DNA of 64,000 bases. Source: Mustelus asterias (taxonomy: Eukaryota). Shown in pieces: positions 60,119-64,000 of this stretch. The position numbers and the translations under genes were made by a program. Each line of letters opens with the position of its first letter. Position 1 is the stretch's first letter. The stretch spans positions 12,834,001-12,898,000 of the forward strand of contig NC_135830.1 of NCBI RefSeq assembly GCF_964213995.1, given 5' to 3'. The notes under the pieces were generated by a model. It saw nothing but the letters and a program-made list of their open reading frames with translations, was not told where the DNA came from and did not search any database.

Positions 60119-61768
60119 ACACGCGACCTCGTGGAAGATGTTACATATTGGTCCAATGTTCGAAATCAGGCGCAATTTTTTTAAAATTCTGCGTTCACTT
60201 GTGAGGAAAAGTTTCATCATTGAGATTATCTTTATTCATTTACAATCATCCCTAATTGCCCTTGAATTGAATTGCTGAGTTAACCTGCCGTGTGGGAATT
60301 CAACCTGCTGTCTAAATACAGTAAGATTACCCAATCACTCACTGCTCCCCTCAGTGAATCAACTATCGAATATTACTTGAACATAATATTTTATACACAT
60401 GTGCCATTAGCTTTTACATATGCCTCAACATGTATTCAGAACAAAGAAATAGAAGTGTTGAAAATTCTCTCCACACTGAGCAGGAAAAGAAATGTTCTTA
60501 TTTTGACTCAGCACACATATTATCAGTTCGTGCAGTGTCTTCAAGAGCAGGTCAGAGGCTGGGAATCCTGCAGCGAGTAACTCATCTGACTCCCCACAAC
60601 CTGTCCACCATCTACAAGGCACAAGTCGGGAGTGTCAGTGAATACTCCCCACTTATTTGGATGATGCAGGAACTCACCAAATAAACTCAAGACAGCTGTT
60701 TTCAAATCCAAGACCGCAATCACCTGTAAGCTCCCCTCAAGGCAATCAACGACCTTTACTTGGAAATATAATGACCAGGAAAATCAACCCCTGCCCCTTC
60801 ACGAACAGCACTATGGATGTACCTACACCAATACACTGTACTGCTCAAGAAGGCAGCTAACCACCACCTTCGCAAGGATAATTAGTGATGGGTAATAAAT
60901 GCAGGCCCAGCCAGTGACACTCACATCTCGTGAATGAATAAAAAGAAAAATCCGGCCAGCTGCCTGAACGGGCAACTAATGGATCCCTTGAACAGGTGAA
61001 TGGTGACAAACTGAATGTCCCCTGGCAAGTCAACCCTTTTGAAAATGTTTTTCTCGTGAGGGTGTTGCGCTGATGGATTCCCTGCAGTTTGTGCTCAGGA
61101 TTTCAAACCAGACCACATATTATCCAATCCTGCCGTCAGTACCTGAAAGAAATGTACAAAACCTGCGGATGAGGCAACAAACATCAAACAGTTCGGCCGG
61201 TATGTGAACCCTAGACTTGTCGCATACTTTGACCTCAAATACCCAAAGCCAGAATCGTTCCACTCGACCAACGAGGCTACACTTGCAGTACTTCCACCAA
61301 AATCTGACTGATTTGTGTGGATCCAAAGCAACTCAGAAATCTCTTTAAAAGCCAAAATCGTTGAAAGGACGCCGGGAATTGAACCTGTCAGTATTTGAGG
61401 GCTGAGCCGGAAGCACGTCAGCATTTGAGGACTGAAAGCACCAAGAAAATATCCGCCCATGAAAGCTAACTCGACTGTTTGGAACTGGGCGCTTCTGTGT
61501 ATAAAATACACATATTACCCTTTACACTGCAGAAAGGATGCGGAGCGCTAAGGTGAACGAACGGGAATATTTGCAGCATAGCAACAGCAATACCGACTTC
61601 GACAACTCATAACAATATATCTCATGAAAGAATATAAGTTTGCTATCAATGCTAATATAATATTCCCATTTCGATATTTTTTTAAAAATTACATTTTCTC
61701 AATATTGTTGCTGGTCGCGGTTGTGAGTCTGGAATTCGCGCCTACACGGAACCCGACACGGTATCCCA

Positions 61769-61784
61769 CTGTCCTCTGGTGGCC
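61769..61784 (-). promoter_or_regulatory. Candidate CTCF site upstream of a V fragment
   Basis: GGCCACCAGAGGACAG, one mismatch from CCACCAGAGGGCAG. Confidence 0.4.
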
Positions 61785-61864
61785 GCGGCATGGAATTACA
61801 AAGTGCAGCTTTCTCCCACCGATGACACTTCAGGACTCAAGCTTGTGTTCAACAATTTCCGATC

Positions 61865-62080
61865 ATGAATTCTACCACGATATTTTTAATGCCCTTTATT
61901 CATATTGTAGACCGCACCTGGGTTGGAGAATCTTTTTTGTTTTGATTCCACCTCCTCCAGACAAAGACAACCCTTTTCCAGATATGGATCATGGAGATTC
62001 TGTCACTCAACCGCTGTGCTCAGCAGTTCAGGCAGAAGGAGAAGCGGTGACTTTGCAATGCATCTATCACACGACATTTC
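61865..62080 (+). pseudogene. 3'-truncated TCR V fragment
   Basis: TTTTCCAG|DMDHGDSVTQPLCSAVQAEGEAVTLQCIYHTT (FR1 like the 32695 gene); possible leader MNSTTIFLMPFIHIV at 61865; no W41, YYC or RSS. Confidence 0.7.
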
Positions 62081-62675
62081 ACTTCCTGAAAAGGGAACAT
62101 TCTGAACAAATCAATTAATTCTCTTTAGTACCTTCTTGCTTCTGAACAAATGAAACCAAATTAGTCTGTTGATCACTGACGCTATTCTGTCTGATAGCTT
62201 CGCCAATTCGTCCGAAGACTTGGCGTTCTCTCGATTTCGTTGTCTCCAGGATTTGCGCAGAGAACTCCAACAATGACTTCCACAGATTTAGCATCGTTTT
62301 CCCAAATACATATCAACACTAACAAAGTCAGTATCTGAAGGGCTCCAATTTAGATTTCTGGAGAGCATTTTTATCTTTGTATATGTTACAGTAAACCCTG
62401 AATCAACTCAACAGGAAAATCCGAGCGTTCAATGAAAAACACTTCCCGACAGACGGCGCTAAATTCAAGCCCCAGTGTCACAAACGGAAACATGAATGGA
62501 TGGTAGGCTTGTGATGTCACAATAGACTGACCCACCCACTCCTCCCCACTGCACCCAGACGCACACACACACACGGACTCACTCACTGGAATCAGCTGAA
62601 CAGAGCACGGGTTCCCTCTTTCATGCTCAATCGCTGACTCATTCCATTCCCATTCACTGAGAGAGATAGTCAGAG

Positions 62676-63205
62676 ATGATTTTGGTCATGCTGACGGCGC
62701 TCTTGCACAGTAAGCACTGGATAATGTTCATCAAACCGGATAAACATATTGATGGCAACTTAATTAACAATCTAAAATATCCACGTGATGCGCAGAATGG
62801 AGGTTCCACAAACTATTGCAGATACAAACACATTTACGTTAACGCTTGATATTTCATTCTTCTGCCTTTACAGACGGACTGTGCGTAGATCCAGTAACTC
62901 AGTCACCGGTGACAATAACCGCATCAGAAAGGGGCTTTGGTGCAGTTACATTGTAATTATACAGACAAGGATATGCACAGCATGCAATGGTATCAGCAGA
63001 AACCGGCGCAACCACCGACATGAATTATTTCGAAAATATTAACAATGAAGGAAGATAAATTTCAGGACGATATCTGGCGATAGCTAGCAAGTCTAATCAG
63101 AACGGTTACCTTAATATCAGCCCCTTCAGTGTGGAGGACGTGTCTGTCTATTACTGTGCAATTAGGCACAACGTTAGATTACAGTTAAAACTCCGTAGAA
63201 AAACC
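62676..63205 (+). pseudogene. TCR V-alpha pseudogene (leader 62676-62709, V 62874-63166, RSS 63167-63205)
   Basis: MILVMLTALLH|GTAAGC; GLCVDPVTQSPVTITASE/GALVQLHCNYTDKDMHSMQWYQQKPAQPPT*IIF...EDVSVYYCAIR; CACAACG-23-AGAAAAACC; CRE-like TGATGTCA at ~62512. Confidence 0.9.
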
Positions 63206-64000
63206 TCAGCCATTTTTTACAACTCCACCAAGTTTGCTTCTGCGCGGATGGTTTGTCCCCGGGTTCACGAAGGCAGTCAGATCTATTTATCGGGCATTTT
63301 GTCCTGATTGAGATCGGCAAAGAAGCAGTTTGGGAAATCGAGACGCTAATCCCCATACCGCGATTTATATAGTGAGCACGAACCAGAAATATCATCAGAA
63401 GGGTGAACTCAGGTGAAAATATGGCAGAAAATTACAGGCTGTTCTTTCAGAATTGTTAGCTCAAATGAGCCCTCGGACACCGACTCTCCGGTACTCTTTC
63501 CTGTAACGAAATACTGAATGGATAAAAGTCTTAAGTTCTTAACAAATGAGATGTAGAATAACTGCCACACAGACTCACCCAGCAACACGACTATTATTAT
63601 AAATCCGGGACACAGATGCTCACCCAGCAGCACGAAGATAGTCGATTCTCACAGCTGACATTGGTGTATTGTGTGGTGGAGAGCTGCCTTCTTGAAGCGC
63701 TGCGGTCCCCGAGATGCAGGTCCACCCACGTGCTGTTAGTGAGGGAGTTCCAGGCTGTTGACGCAGTGACCATGCAGGAACAGCGATTTATTTCCAAGTA
63801 ACGATTTGGAATAACTTGGAAGGGAACCTCGAGGTTGTAGTGTTCCCATGTGCCTGCTGCCCTTGTCGATCGAGATTGTACTGGTCGTGTGTTTGGATTG
63901 TGATATCTAAAAACAAGACCTCGGTGAGTTGCTGCAGTGTATCTTATAGATGGTGCACACGGCTGCCACTATTCGTCTGTGGTGGCAGGAAAGGATGTTT

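Noticed and set aside
61095-61511. 138-aa minus-strand ORF, or a very old V relic (acceptor TTCTTTCAG|GTACTGAC near 61143)
   Set aside because: No recognisable domain, no conserved C/W/YYC spacing and no RSS; cannot be supported.
61624-62118. 164-aa ORF as a membrane protein gene
   Set aside because: Only its last part is a V FR1 fragment after a splice acceptor; the rest reads through promoter and intron sequence.

Overview
Eukaryotic, repeat-rich DNA from a cartilaginous fish, probably a shark: it carries HE1-type tRNA-derived SINEs, CR1 LINEs, Penelope/GIY-YIG elements and shark-type TCR V genes. The window is part of a T-cell receptor alpha/delta V region. It holds one intact V gene (leader + V exon + 23-RSS, minus strand), several V pseudogenes, and a leaderless CDR1-cysteine V resembling the NAR-TCR supporting V-delta, followed by three tandem RSSs. 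The dominant structure is a ~19-kb inverted segmental duplication (1-~19180 vs ~39310-59001, about 89% identical in one hand-aligned sample). Each arm carries a two-exon GPR139/142-like GPCR gene (intact on the right, pseudogene on the left) and a decaying higher-order tRNA-Val tandem array. The 20-kb spacer contains V genes, a truncated endogenous retrovirus (LTR, tRNA-His PBS, two-zinc-knuckle Gag in frame with protease, spumavirus-like RT motifs), an orphan EMC4 exon and a phased CRE/ETS array. Penelope-derived termini throughout the window encode minimal hammerhead ribozymes, including a U3:A8 covariant core. All calls were read by eye; repeat boundaries are approximate.
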